From a virus (lineage: Duplodnaviria > Caudoviricetes): a stretch of DNA of 64,000 bases. The stretch covers positions 64,001-128,000 of the IMG/VR virus record IMGVR_UViG_3300014205_000003. The stretch is one strand, 5' to 3'. The translations under genes were made by a program, and so were the position numbers. Positions 9,904 through 20,510 of the stretch are shown here, piece by piece (the first letter of the stretch is position 1; the number at the start of each line of letters is the position of its first letter). The notes under the pieces were generated by a model. It searched no databases. It had not been told where the DNA came from and was given only the letters and a program-made list of their open reading frames with translations.

Positions 9904-10356
9904 GTGGCTTCTCGATACATCCGCAACTTTGACTTGGACGACTTGGAAAGAGAGATGAAGGTTCTCTCTGGAAGTAGAGAGCTTACTTTCATCGATACGC
10001 TTACAGGAGTAAGAGCAGAAATTGCTCAAGATCTTAGAGTTCAGACTGTGAATCTCTACGGTGTTCCTGCTAGTACTGTGAGTGCTGGAGTAGATTACAC
10101 AGGATACATAGCAATTGATCAGGCTTCCTCAGAGTCGCAAATTGCAACTTCATATACTGTGCAGTACACAGGGACAAGATATGCGATTGAGATCTTTGCA
10201 GATGGCAGGTGGACTTCAGGAACGGGAAGTGCTTACTTAGATGCGATGCCTGTACATATTGGTGAAGTAGTTCCTACAGGTACTTGGGTAGTGGCGATGG
10301 CTTCGTACATAAGTGAGTATGAGGCTTATACAGGTTACACAGGGAATTGGCCATAA
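9904..10356 (+). CDS. Putative tail protein
   Basis: Position; GTG start. Confidence 0.4.
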   Translation: MASRYIRNFDLDDLEREMKVLSGSRELTFIDTLTGVRAEIAQDLRVQTVNLYGVPASTVSAGVDYTGYIAIDQASSESQIATSYTVQYTGTRYAIEIFADGRWTSGTGSAYLDAMPVHIGEVVPTGTWVVAMASYISEYEAYTGYTGNWP

Positions 10357-10703
10357 TGAGTAATCTTGTTAGAAGAGAAGAGTTAGATGCCACTAGACAG
10401 AAGCTTACTGTCTTAGAGGGAAACGGGATAAAGGTTGATCAGACTCTAGATGGTCAGAAGGTAAGTGTTAACAATGACTTGAGAGCTGTAGCGTCTGCGT
10501 CTGGACCGATAGTAGTTACAGGATTGGTAGCATATGGGGGAGGTTTTTACAGGGCTACTGTTTCACCAGAGTTCCCACCGTCAGCTGCAGATTCAGTGCT
10601 TGTAGAACTGGTCCACATTCATCTTAATGACTCTATATCTAGCACAACCCGCTTATCCGTAATCCCACAGAATCCTTGGATGTACGCAGGACCTTTTCCA
10701 TGA
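10356..10703 (+). CDS. Putative tail protein
   Basis: ATG overlaps upstream TAA; N-terminus weakly similar to the preceding gene. Confidence 0.4.
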   Translation: MSNLVRREELDATRQKLTVLEGNGIKVDQTLDGQKVSVNNDLRAVASASGPIVVTGLVAYGGGFYRATVSPEFPPSAADSVLVELVHIHLNDSISSTTRLSVIPQNPWMYAGPFP

Positions 10704-11662
10704 GTGTTGCTTACACACAGTATGCTGGTTATGATATGATGGGTTTGGCAACGAATGCCTACCAGTCTGTTCCATCTATTTTTTCCGGTGCTATTTCTGA
10801 TATGGCAGCTCATCCTCAGATCTGGTATGAGGATTCTACTCAGTGGATGACGTATACAACCATCAATGTGTATTACACAACACACACGTTTTGCAGGCCT
10901 GTTGTATTAGCTTTTCAAGCGGTGACTAATTCTGTAGCGACACCTATTCAGCGCTTCTATAGTGCTGCATATAGTCCTGGGTATACCCGAATCTATCAAA
11001 CGCTTGTAATGGGTGCTCTTGTTCCTACATACATTTGGTTTTCTGGAAGTGTTGTGTTGTCCAGATGGATAGGGGGAGGACTTACTGCGGATGATGTTTG
11101 GTGGAGTGCTACAGGAACTTTTCCAAACTGGACTTTTACGCCTCAGGGTGTAAACACTACTGTGGGACACCCGTATAACTTTAACGTAGTGATGAGTAGA
11201 GCCCCCTTCATAGGGTGGTCGAAGTCAGGATCTTTAACAGGATTTTATACAGGAACAAGTATTCCTGCAGGGCTTCCCCCTGCAATGTTTGTAGGAGCTA
11301 GACGTCTTTCTACAGCTTCTCCGTTTGCGATAAGTCTGACAGAGACTGTATATAAGGCAAAAGGTCTATCCACTTTCACAGGAACATCTACAACACCTGC
11401 TTTGACTTGGACAATGACTACAGCGGGGACGGTGGTAGGTACGTATACTACAGGAGGCGCTGCATACGGAACATATGTTTGTTCTTTAACGATGACTAGT
11501 GTCTATCCTCCTGCCGATTTGAGTGGTGTGTATACAAGAAATAATGCGTTGCCTTACGACGCAGGGTCTCCAGCATCTATCACACTAACTTGTACGTGTC
11601 TCAATCAAACAACTGCTAGAACCACTTCCACATATGTAACACAAGCTCCAATACTTCTCTAA
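10700..11662 (+). CDS. Putative tail fibre/structural protein, Thr/Ser/Tyr-rich
   Basis: Composition and position. Confidence 0.45.
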   Translation: MSVAYTQYAGYDMMGLATNAYQSVPSIFSGAISDMAAHPQIWYEDSTQWMTYTTINVYYTTHTFCRPVVLAFQAVTNSVATPIQRFYSAAYSPGYTRIYQTLVMGALVPTYIWFSGSVVLSRWIGGGLTADDVWWSATGTFPNWTFTPQGVNTTVGHPYNFNVVMSRAPFIGWSKSGSLTGFYTGTSIPAGLPPAMFVGARRLSTASPFAISLTETVYKAKGLSTFTGTSTTPALTWTMTTAGTVVGTYTTGGAAYGTYVCSLTMTSVYPPADLSGVYTRNNALPYDAGSPASITLTCTCLNQTTARTTSTYVTQAPILL

Positions 11663-11664
11663 CT

Positions 11665-13509
11665 ATGTCAGCAGTTATCTTTACAAATTGGAATGCTGGA
11701 ACGGACGAGAAAGATGTTCCGTTTACGTTAGATTGGACAAGTTCTGCAACGATTCGAAGTGCTCCTAGAAAGTGTTTATACGTAGAAGCACTTCGACAAG
11801 CAGTTCTTGAGAAATTGTCTGTTGTAGATGATGTGTCTCAAACAGGCTCACTCGGAACGATACTAAAGGGGATTAGTCCTTATCAAGGCTACAATCTTGA
11901 CTATTTTGATAAGTCCAACTATCCTCAGTTTTACGCCCCCGTTATTAAAGAGAGCTTCTTTGGGAGATTCTTAGATGCCAGTACTGCTGTGGTTGATCCT
12001 TTAAACAGATATCCTTTATCAGGAGTTGTTAATCAGCTTTACTACTCATTAGCAGGTTTGCTTACGGTTTTTGTAAACACAACAATTGCTAATGGGGAAT
12101 ATCACAACTATTCAAATTTTGGAACAGCTGCTTGGAGTCCGTCAGACGCTGGGAAGATTCCTATGTGGACGCAAGCATTGATGACTGATCATTTAGTGAA
12201 GAACCACGCTGTTATTCCGATGACTTACAACAGGTCAAACTTTTCCGTGATTTACGTAGCGTCAGCACTGTCAGGGTATACATACGAATCCTTTGAGTTT
12301 GCCGAGGCCATTTGGGAGATTCGTCAAACCTTAGATCACCTTACAGCTATTAGGAGATTAAACGATGTACTCGCTATAAATGGAACAGCGTCTTTTCCAT
12401 CTGTTCCTATGTTCTCTTATAGCAAAACAAGACTTTTGCAGAATACCACGTCTCGAGGGGGAAACTCTTCCAAAACTGTAGAGATCGAAGGAACTGGTCC
12501 TGCATTCACCTTAAATGCCGCACCGGCTGATCAGGTGGCGTCCGCACGATCTAAACTAGACACAGAGTGGTCTAATGGTTATCCTATAAACACTTGGTCA
12601 GACTCTGCACAGGCTGGAAATGTTGAAGCGTCGGGACTTATCTATGAAAACCTTTCTACAGGAACACAAGAGCGATACCCTACAGCTACTTATCCTGCAG
12701 ATGCCTTCATTGAGAAGTACGAAGGGACTTCTGCGCTTACTCCTGCAGACTACGGCAATGTGGGAACGCTGGTTACCAACGTCACAGCAGACAAGACCAA
12801 ACACACCTATGCGATCTACAACAAGAAGTTCAACTGCACCTACGACATATATGAGCGCTTCCTCAACAATCCTACTTGGGGAAGTACTCAGACAAGTGTA
12901 GACTACAAACTCTTTTGGGTCTACTACAAGGACTCAATGTTTGGAGCTCCTAACTATAACAATTACTACTATCTGCAGTGGCGATACATGCCTGCAGGAC
13001 AAATCTATCAAGGAATTGCGATAGCTTATTTCGGAGCAGCAACTTCTCACATCATTACAGGTAGCACACCTGTAGGCGCTTTCTTAGTAGACTCTGGGGG
13101 TTTTGTAGTAACTAACGTTCCTATGCCAGGGGATGGATACTGCATAACACAAATAGATAGTTGGTCACAAGCGCTTGACGTTACCCCAGCAACTCTCAAC
13201 TACTTTGGAATCTCCTTCAGCGCTGTTTTCTACAATTCGCTCTACAAGATAGCTACAGGCTCTTATACTACACCTGCAACGCCTTTGGGGCTTACTTCAG
13301 GTGTAGACTCTGAAACAACACCCACATATCCTGCAAAGCCTACATACAATGGTTGTAGATATGTGGCAACGTCTAAGATTGATCATACAGGAACATACGC
13401 ATATACGGTTGTGATGTCAGACTTTCATCCAGGATATCGAATATCTGTATCCAACAATCCTGTAGCTGTACTTAAGTTCAACGTAGTTGGTGGATTCACC
13501 TTTCAGTAA
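11665..13509 (+). CDS. Putative tail/receptor-binding structural protein
   Basis: 614 aa, aromatic/Thr-rich; position. Confidence 0.45.
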   Translation: MSAVIFTNWNAGTDEKDVPFTLDWTSSATIRSAPRKCLYVEALRQAVLEKLSVVDDVSQTGSLGTILKGISPYQGYNLDYFDKSNYPQFYAPVIKESFFGRFLDASTAVVDPLNRYPLSGVVNQLYYSLAGLLTVFVNTTIANGEYHNYSNFGTAAWSPSDAGKIPMWTQALMTDHLVKNHAVIPMTYNRSNFSVIYVASALSGYTYESFEFAEAIWEIRQTLDHLTAIRRLNDVLAINGTASFPSVPMFSYSKTRLLQNTTSRGGNSSKTVEIEGTGPAFTLNAAPADQVASARSKLDTEWSNGYPINTWSDSAQAGNVEASGLIYENLSTGTQERYPTATYPADAFIEKYEGTSALTPADYGNVGTLVTNVTADKTKHTYAIYNKKFNCTYDIYERFLNNPTWGSTQTSVDYKLFWVYYKDSMFGAPNYNNYYYLQWRYMPAGQIYQGIAIAYFGAATSHIITGSTPVGAFLVDSGGFVVTNVPMPGDGYCITQIDSWSQALDVTPATLNYFGISFSAVFYNSLYKIATGSYTTPATPLGLTSGVDSETTPTYPAKPTYNGCRYVATSKIDHTGTYAYTVVMSDFHPGYRISVSNNPVAVLKFNVVGGFTFQ

Positions 13510-13528
13510 GCAAGGTTAAATTAGTTTC

Positions 13529-14050
13529 ATGACAGATCGTCGCAAGCTCTATGTGTATTGGAATGTTACGCAGGGTCTGTTGGTGAATTCTGCTAACGCA
13601 GCTATTCCTAACAGTCTCTATCCTCGTATGTACTTGGGAGAATATCCGTGTGTCTTCCTCAGCGTTGGAACAGGAGCTAAAGGAACTGCCTTCACTCCTT
13701 ATACAGGATGGGCCTCTGACACTATCTTTACAGCTACTGTAGATACTGATTACAATCATACAGATTCTCCTCTCATTCGCTGTGCTTGGGCTACAGACTT
13801 CAATCAAAGTGGTGATTGGGACGGAACTGCTCCAGACAATGCTTCTGTCGTAGCTGGAAGATTGTCCATTAGAGTAAATGCTAACACAGCCGCTCTAGAC
13901 GCTGAACTTGGACTTAATGCTTCTGTTGCTGCAACCTTTGAACTGATTGGATATAAGACTCTGACGATTAGAGGAAATCCTACAAGTGTTCCGATAAGTG
14001 TTATCCAGTTTCCAGTCTTCTGTTTGAACACGCAAGAGTACACGCCTTAA
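13529..14050 (+). CDS. Stand-alone fibre attachment (BppU-like) domain, paralog of the N-terminus of the next gene
   Basis: Shared blocks [44 protein letters not shown]. Confidence 0.65.
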   Translation: MTDRRKLYVYWNVTQGLLVNSANAAIPNSLYPRMYLGEYPCVFLSVGTGAKGTAFTPYTGWASDTIFTATVDTDYNHTDSPLIRCAWATDFNQSGDWDGTAPDNASVVAGRLSIRVNANTAALDAELGLNASVAATFELIGYKTLTIRGNPTSVPISVIQFPVFCLNTQEYTP

Positions 14051-14059
14051 GGTCTACAC

Positions 14060-16804
14060 ATGACACCAAGAAAAATACTGGACGTCTATTTTTCCATTAC
14101 GCAACAGAGTCTTGTCAACTCTTCCAATGTGGCTATTCCTAATACGCAGTGGCCTCAGATATTCCTTGGAGAATATCCATGCATTACGCTACATGTGGGT
14201 ACAGGAGCTGCTGGAGCAGTCTTTACCCCGTATACAGGTTGGGCCAGCGACATGACCTTTACCTGTACTGTGGATACAGACTTCGATCATGCAGATGATC
14301 CTCTAATCAAATCCTTCTGGGCTACAGACTTCAATCAAAGCGGAGATTGGGATGGAACTCCTCCTAACAATGCTTCAGTGACTGCAGGACGCCTATCCAT
14401 AAGAATTGACGCAAACACTTTGGCAATGATTGCAGCTTTGGGTACGTCAGCATCGCTGAGCGCAACATTTGAACTCAAGGGATACAAAGAACTTGTCATC
14501 GACGCTGTTCCTACAATCGTCCCTGTAGACATCATTCAGTTTCCCGTATACTGTTTAAACGTAATGGATTATAGCGGGGCGAGTGGGGCAACTGGACCAA
14601 CTCCTACAGACAACTACTACACCAAGACTGAAGAAGATGCCTTCCACACTGCTCGAATGCACTGGGCAAGTCAATGGTTGATCTCTACAGATTATGTAGC
14701 TCAGTATGTAGTGACGAATGACAACTATACATATGTCTGTAAAGCTGTTCATACGAGTGCTGCCACAGACGAACCCGGTACGGGAGTCAACTGGACAGAC
14801 TATTGGACAGCTTGGAATACTCAAGGACCTACAGGACCCCAAGGAACTACTGGAGCATCTGGTATCACTGGAGCAACAGGACCTGCAGGATTTACAGGAG
14901 CTGCGGCAACAGGTGCTACAGGTCCTCAAGGAATAACCGGACCTGCTGGTGAAACAGGCGCAGGTATCACAGGCGCTACAGGGCCTACAGGCATTACTGG
15001 AGCAACTGGACCTATTGGTGAGACAGGTGCGGGTACTACGGGAGCAACTGGTCCTACAGGTGTTGAAGGCGCTACAGGCCCTGAAGGAAACACCGGAGCA
15101 GGTTTAACAGGGGCTACAGGTCCAGAAGGATTAACAGGTACTACAGGCGCTACAGGACCTACAGGCATTACTGGAGCTACAGGGCCTAAAGGGGATACTG
15201 GAGATCCTGGGGGTGTTACCGGAGCTACAGGGCCTGCAGGAACAATAGGTATCGATGGTGAAACGGGTGCTACTGGTCCAAAGGGTGACGCAGGAGATCC
15301 TGGAGGTGCTACTGGAGCAACAGGGCCTATTGGAGCGTCTGGAGCAAATGGTACAATTGGTGTCGACGGGATTACTGGTGCAACAGGGCCTACAGGATTT
15401 ACAGGAGCATCTTTCACAGGAGCAACGGGTCCTACTGGAGTAGGTACAGCGGGTTCAACTGGCGCTACGGGACCTATTGGAGCGTCTGGAGCAGGCGCGG
15501 CTCTTACTAAAGAAGCTGTCGATGCTTTGTTGCACACGGCTACAGCACACGCATACGCTGGTTCTAGTGTAGTGGTTGGTGCCACATCTGACTACCCAAC
15601 AGATGCTAACGATATCCTCCTATACCACTTCGACGGAGACGTGACCAACGCGCTCGATAACTACGATGGCACGGCATACAACACTCCGACCTACACCGAT
15701 GTTACCGGCTGGGGGAATTCACTGACGCTGAATCCAACGGCGCTTAGTCAGTATGTGCGTATCACGACACCACCATCGCTCGGCAATGGTGATTGGGCCG
15801 TGTCGATCCGTTTTAAGGCGGTGTCTTTTGCGGGTAATCCGCAGATCCTAAATTACCGCAGTGACTTTGCCGGTATGGCACAGGTTGGTATTGACCTGTG
15901 GGAAGATGGCAATATTAACGTGTGGGGATATTTCCCAACCCATAAATATATACGACCAGGTGCAGGCACAATAACAACAGGCGTGCAGTATACACTACTC
16001 GTGCAGCGCGTCGGTAATACCATGTCTGCATATCTGAATGGATCGGAAATAGGCGCAGCAGTTACGACGATGGGAGATGCTTATGCGACCGCTGGTGATA
16101 CATGCGTAGGCTGTGGTGGGGCTGGTGGTTCTCCTAACTACTTTTTCAACGGCCAAATTGATGAGTTGAAGGTCCGCATCGGAGCTACTCAAGTCACCAC
16201 AGTCCCGACTTCACCGTATGGTGTCACAACCATTGGCGAGCATACATGGACCGCCGCAGGCCGTGCCCTTCTGGCAGCATCTACAGCCATAGAGCAACTA
16301 GCTGCTCTCAGTTTAGGCTCTGGCTTCACAGGAGCCTTCTTACAGTCTCTTGGGCCTAATTTAGGCACTCAGTGGGTAACAGGACCTACAGGTCCCCAAA
16401 GTGTTATTGCTAGTGGAACAGCCGCAGTACTGACAAACACATCAAAACTTCTTGATTTTGGAACTACTGATCCGTCTATGACTCTTACAAATACTGGAAC
16501 GTATAGACTTAGTTGTATCCTGCAAGTAGAATACAATGCTGCAACTGTTGTGGCAGAAACAGCGGCTTTTAAACTTCGAAGAACAAACAATACCGCAGCA
16601 GATTTAAGCAATACAACATGGACGATTGATCTACCTGTTGCTACAACCTTAACTAATACTTATGGTATTATTACAATCTCTCCAATTTTTTATTCAGCAA
16701 CGGCGGGCGATGTACTTGAAGTCTGGGGGGTTGTTAGTGCAACACTGGGAGCAGGTACAATTGACGTAAGTCGGTGTCAATTCTTAGCAGAACGTATGAT
16801 GTGA
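14060..16804 (+). CDS. Tail fibre: attachment domain + CBM5/12-like module + collagen-like G-X-T repeats + LamG/ConA-like domain
   Basis: GATGPT repeats ~14820-15495; [17 protein letters not shown]; LLYHFDG...AYLNG...[10 protein letters not shown]. Confidence 0.8.
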   Translation: MTPRKILDVYFSITQQSLVNSSNVAIPNTQWPQIFLGEYPCITLHVGTGAAGAVFTPYTGWASDMTFTCTVDTDFDHADDPLIKSFWATDFNQSGDWDGTPPNNASVTAGRLSIRIDANTLAMIAALGTSASLSATFELKGYKELVIDAVPTIVPVDIIQFPVYCLNVMDYSGASGATGPTPTDNYYTKTEEDAFHTARMHWASQWLISTDYVAQYVVTNDNYTYVCKAVHTSAATDEPGTGVNWTDYWTAWNTQGPTGPQGTTGASGITGATGPAGFTGAAATGATGPQGITGPAGETGAGITGATGPTGITGATGPIGETGAGTTGATGPTGVEGATGPEGNTGAGLTGATGPEGLTGTTGATGPTGITGATGPKGDTGDPGGVTGATGPAGTIGIDGETGATGPKGDAGDPGGATGATGPIGASGANGTIGVDGITGATGPTGFTGASFTGATGPTGVGTAGSTGATGPIGASGAGAALTKEAVDALLHTATAHAYAGSSVVVGATSDYPTDANDILLYHFDGDVTNALDNYDGTAYNTPTYTDVTGWGNSLTLNPTALSQYVRITTPPSLGNGDWAVSIRFKAVSFAGNPQILNYRSDFAGMAQVGIDLWEDGNINVWGYFPTHKYIRPGAGTITTGVQYTLLVQRVGNTMSAYLNGSEIGAAVTTMGDAYATAGDTCVGCGGAGGSPNYFFNGQIDELKVRIGATQVTTVPTSPYGVTTIGEHTWTAAGRALLAASTAIEQLAALSLGSGFTGAFLQSLGPNLGTQWVTGPTGPQSVIASGTAAVLTNTSKLLDFGTTDPSMTLTNTGTYRLSCILQVEYNAATVVAETAAFKLRRTNNTAADLSNTTWTIDLPVATTLTNTYGIITISPIFYSATAGDVLEVWGVVSATLGAGTIDVSRCQFLAERMM
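14822..15495 (+). repeat. Collagen-like (Gly-X-Y)n coding repeat
   Basis: Recurring ggagcaacagg/ggcgctacagg units. Confidence 0.9.
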
Positions 16805-16840
16805 TATCTATACCAGTACAAGACAAATTCAGATAAGCTT

Positions 16841-16871
16841 TTGCAAGTAGTCAATCACTGCTCTATATTAG
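16841..16871 (+). promoter_or_regulatory. Promoter for the glycosyltransferase cluster: TTGCAA-N17-TATATT(AG)
   Basis: -35 at 16841-16846, -10 at 16864-16869, intergenic, upstream of RBS GAGG. Confidence 0.55.
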
Positions 16872-16906
16872 CTCTGTCCCTAAACTGAAACTCTTTGAGG
16901 TGAAAC

Positions 16907-17731
16907 ATGCCAACTGTCCCCGACGTCTCTGCAATGGTTCGTACGTACTACAACGCCCCTACCCTAGCTGCCTGCCTAGAATCTCTTACCAAACACAAAG
17001 AGATTACAGACATTGCAGTTACTACCAACGAACCTCCAGACGGTCCTGCACACTCCCTCGTCCCTGAAATGATGAAGGTCTATCCTCAGATTACCTTTCA
17101 TCACTATCCACACAACCTTACTCCCTTCGACGCCGCTAAGACTATTCCTCTGGACGATCCCACAGGCTGGTGGAACTACGCTAACTTCGCTCACCGCAAA
17201 TGCAAGAACGACCAAGTCCTCAAGGTAGATGGAGATCAAGTCTTAATCTTTGAAGGAGCACGCAAGCTATTTGAGACCTCAAGGACTCAAGAGTTCCTAG
17301 GATTGACCTGCTGGGAACTTACGTCTCCTAAAAGCAGGACTAAAGAGTTCACTGGAGAAGAACCGCGATACTGGAACAAGAACTTAGGCGTCAAGTTCTA
17401 CAGATTCCCAGGTCAAGGATTCGAGTACATCTGGAATCCTCATTGGGGAACTGATAAGTTTACAGGCTGGGGACCATGTATTCGTAGACTCGGAGCAGAC
17501 ATTCCAGTGTTCCTTCACTACGGCTGGCTGACGTCTACAGACCCTGTACGTCCTGCCAGAAACCTCGAACAGGTTCCCTACACAGGTACTCATTCAAATC
17601 TCGTTGACCTCGAAAAAGCCTTTGAAAAGTGCACACCTGTGCGCGAAGAACCCACTGTTCAAGCTCAACCAGTCACTGAAGAACGTCTTGCAGAACTTGT
17701 AAGCATCCTGAAGGAGGTGATGAAGCAGTGA
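16907..17731 (+). CDS. Glycosyltransferase, GT-A fold (GT2-like)
   Basis: VSAMVRTYYNAPTLAACLESL; VLKVDGD DxD motif; FLHYGW. Confidence 0.75.
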   Translation: MPTVPDVSAMVRTYYNAPTLAACLESLTKHKEITDIAVTTNEPPDGPAHSLVPEMMKVYPQITFHHYPHNLTPFDAAKTIPLDDPTGWWNYANFAHRKCKNDQVLKVDGDQVLIFEGARKLFETSRTQEFLGLTCWELTSPKSRTKEFTGEEPRYWNKNLGVKFYRFPGQGFEYIWNPHWGTDKFTGWGPCIRRLGADIPVFLHYGWLTSTDPVRPARNLEQVPYTGTHSNLVDLEKAFEKCTPVREEPTVQAQPVTEERLAELVSILKEVMKQ

Positions 17732-18321
17732 AGAAACACATCATCACACCCTTCTCCAGACCTCACTTGCTTTCTCAACTCGTATCTATGTTAGATCCTC
17801 TGGATGTGCAGTGGCACCTTGTTGCACATGACTGTGCCTTCAAAGTAGAAAATAACTGGATACATGTTCTTCCTACAGACGTTCCTCCTGATGTCTTTGA
17901 CGTCTGCTACTACAAGATGAACGAAGGCTTGCAACGTGCTGATATTGCTTACGACGATTGGTTCTCCTTCATGTGTGACGACGATGCTCTTCCTCTCGAC
18001 TTCTACGACAAGCTGGATCTTGAGCATGTGCCAGATGCTATTGATGTTGTTGTGAGCTCTTCTCACTATTACTTCCACGGAAAACATATTGCTCTGATAG
18101 CAAAACCCTATAACTGTGTCACTGGCAAGATATCCATCCCTCAATTGTTCTTTCGAGGACGCTTAAAACCTTTTATCTACTACAGAGAAGATCATCATTT
18201 TGCAGACGGCTTGATGGCTGAATCTGTAGTAAAGCGATTTAACCTTGAATATCGTCCTGAAGCTTATGTTGAGTGGAACAAGTTGAATCCTAACTTTTGG
18301 AAACCTGGAGAAGTGAAATGA
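17728..18321 (+). CDS. Glycosyltransferase, GT-A fold (GT2-like)
   Basis: HIITPFSRP; NEGL; FSFMCDDD; ADG motif. Confidence 0.7.
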   Translation: MKKHIITPFSRPHLLSQLVSMLDPLDVQWHLVAHDCAFKVENNWIHVLPTDVPPDVFDVCYYKMNEGLQRADIAYDDWFSFMCDDDALPLDFYDKLDLEHVPDAIDVVVSSSHYYFHGKHIALIAKPYNCVTGKISIPQLFFRGRLKPFIYYREDHHFADGLMAESVVKRFNLEYRPEAYVEWNKLNPNFWKPGEVK

Positions 18322-19529
18322 AACACTATCGGTTTTTCGTTCTAGGGCTTGCTCACGTTCCTACTCACAAAGACGTGTCTGCATGTGCGTATACTCAGAA
18401 GATCGTAAAGCTCTGTACCATGCTCAAGACTTCTGGACACGAAGTCATCTTCCTCGGTACAGAAGGCTCTGATGTAGCTTGTGATGAATTCGTTCAAGTA
18501 CTCTCCAAGAACACTATGCGTATGTGCTACGGAGATCACAACGAAGACAAGACGAAGTTCTTCAAGCACGATCCCTCTGACTTGGCCTATACAACCTTTA
18601 TGAAGAATGCTATCCGAGAAATCAACACTAGAAAGAAGGATACAGACTTCTTGCTGAATCCTATGGGGAATTACTATTGGAAAGTTCAGCAAGGCGTAAA
18701 CCTCCGACGCACTGTAGAATCTGGCATTGGTTATTCTGGTGTCTGTGCCGGAACTTACAAAGTGTGGGAAAGCTATGCCTGGATGCATCACATTTGGGGA
18801 ATGATGAAAGTTGAGAATGGTCTCTTCCAAGACTGTGTCATTCCTAACTATTGGGATACGAGTGATTTTACCTTAGGTACACACGACGGAGGATATGCGC
18901 TGTATATGGGACGACTCATATATCGTAAAGGCATCAACCTCGCTGTACAGCTCACTAAGGAACTCAACATTCCTCTGCTCATTGTTGGTCAAGGCTCTTT
19001 GCAGAATCCTCAAGAGGGTTTGAACATTACAGACAGTCATGTCAAGCACTTAGGGACTGTTGGACATGTTGAGAGAAATCTGCTTATGGGTAAAGCTATG
19101 GTTACGCTTTGTCCTACTCTCTACGTTGGTCCCTTTGAAGGAGTTAACTGCGAAGCTCAATTCACAGGATGTCCTGTGGTTACTACAAACTTCGGAGCCT
19201 TTACAGAGACTGTAGAACATGGCAAGACAGGCTACAGGTGTCAGTCCTTTGAAGAGTTCTGCTGGGCAACTAAGAACGCCTCTAAGCTCGATTCTACCTA
19301 TATCAGGAACCGTGCAATCGGTATGTGGAGTCTTGATACTGTTAGACAGAAATACGATCATTTCTTCCAGCATGTCGATCAGATGTGTGGATCTGAAGGA
19401 TGGTATGCGAAGAATCCTGATCGGGTAGAGATGAATTGGCTTACACCTCCAAGTTTTTCAAGCACTGCCCCCGATAAGGATCAATATGAAGATCGTGAAC
19501 ACTTGACTACAGATTTCAAACATGTCTGA
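18318..19529 (+). CDS. Glycosyltransferase, GT-B fold (GT4-like)
   Basis: GHEV, VIPN, LYMGRLIYRKG, PFEGVNCEAQFTGCPVVTTNFGAFTETVEHGKTG. Confidence 0.85.
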   Translation: MKHYRFFVLGLAHVPTHKDVSACAYTQKIVKLCTMLKTSGHEVIFLGTEGSDVACDEFVQVLSKNTMRMCYGDHNEDKTKFFKHDPSDLAYTTFMKNAIREINTRKKDTDFLLNPMGNYYWKVQQGVNLRRTVESGIGYSGVCAGTYKVWESYAWMHHIWGMMKVENGLFQDCVIPNYWDTSDFTLGTHDGGYALYMGRLIYRKGINLAVQLTKELNIPLLIVGQGSLQNPQEGLNITDSHVKHLGTVGHVERNLLMGKAMVTLCPTLYVGPFEGVNCEAQFTGCPVVTTNFGAFTETVEHGKTGYRCQSFEEFCWATKNASKLDSTYIRNRAIGMWSLDTVRQKYDHFFQHVDQMCGSEGWYAKNPDRVEMNWLTPPSFSSTAPDKDQYEDREHLTTDFKHV

Positions 19530-19555
19530 TATACGATAAGGATTACATTAGTTGT

Positions 19556-19942
19556 ATGGCAACGCCTGTTTATATCAATCTGCAGTACAAGACCTCCTTT
19601 ACAGCGGGTCTCTGGCGCTTGAAGGTCTGGGTAGCTTCTACTGAGTGGTGTCCTCAATGGATATTCCTCATGAGAGCCCTTCCAGAACTTCCAGCTACTG
19701 AACACGACGACAAAGCCTTCATACGCGTCTGTAGTTATTCAGACCTTATGAACTATCCGGCTCTCGAGACAGATGAACATCGCTGTCACTACCGAATCGC
19801 TTCTCTAGACCTCACATTCTCTTCCTTGACAGACTTGGAAGAACTCCTGACAGGCCTCGAGACAGATATCGGACATTTAGCAGATGACATCTACAACGTC
19901 TCTACTGCAACAGCTGTAAACACATCTACGGTGATCGCATGA
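19556..19942 (+). CDS. Hypothetical protein, paralog of the next gene
   Basis: Shared (V/I)CS..D...Y.......YR pattern. Confidence 0.55.
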   Translation: MATPVYINLQYKTSFTAGLWRLKVWVASTEWCPQWIFLMRALPELPATEHDDKAFIRVCSYSDLMNYPALETDEHRCHYRIASLDLTFSSLTDLEELLTGLETDIGHLADDIYNVSTATAVNTSTVIA

Positions 19943-20349
19943 GTACGACTATTGCTCAAGCACTGAAAGATGGTGGAACAGACTTCTCCAAGATGATTAC
20001 CCTTATCATCTCGGCAAGTTCTCCTGATACAGAAACTGGATACTTCCTCCTAGGCAAAGCTTCTACAGGAGTATCCTCTTACGCAGATGTAGAACTTATC
20101 GCTATATGCTCTCCTGAAGACATCAATACTTATGGAACTACTCCAGTGCCTACAGGATACTACAGAAGTCCTAGCGGCATGTGGGTCTTTCCAGATTCGA
20201 CTAAGATGACAGAGTCTGTGAATAGTATCACTGCAGACGTTGCCGCTGCTGTTAGCGCATATAGGAAGTCTGTCAGTCCTTCTGGAGTATATACAGCAGC
20301 GACGACAGGAACATTGAGTTCAATGCCAGCTTTCTCGGATGACCTATGA
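19939..20349 (+). CDS. Hypothetical protein
   Basis: Coupled ORF; see previous gene. Confidence 0.55.
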   Translation: MSTTIAQALKDGGTDFSKMITLIISASSPDTETGYFLLGKASTGVSSYADVELIAICSPEDINTYGTTPVPTGYYRSPSGMWVFPDSTKMTESVNSITADVAAAVSAYRKSVSPSGVYTAATTGTLSSMPAFSDDL

Positions 20350-20510
20350 GACTACGACGATACTTAGACCGCAAGAAGATTACCAACGCTGAGGCTGCAG
20401 CTGTTCCGAGATATCTGCTGGAATGGCTTCGAGCTCACAACAGACCTCTGTATATTGAACTGAAGCAACTGGAAGATACCTCTCCAGCTACTAATGGTAA
20501 AACAGCATGA
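20346..20510 (+). CDS. Small hypothetical protein (54 aa, MRLRRYLDRKK...), not in the ORF track
   Basis: ATGA overlaps at both ends. Confidence 0.55.
   Translation: MRLRRYLDRKKITNAEAAAVPRYLLEWLRAHNRPLYIELKQLEDTSPATNGKTA

Noticed and set aside
14926-15585. Pro/Val/Ala-rich minus-strand ORF and other long antisense ORFs (35298-36125, 49152-49934)
   Set aside because: Shadow frames of genuine + strand genes.
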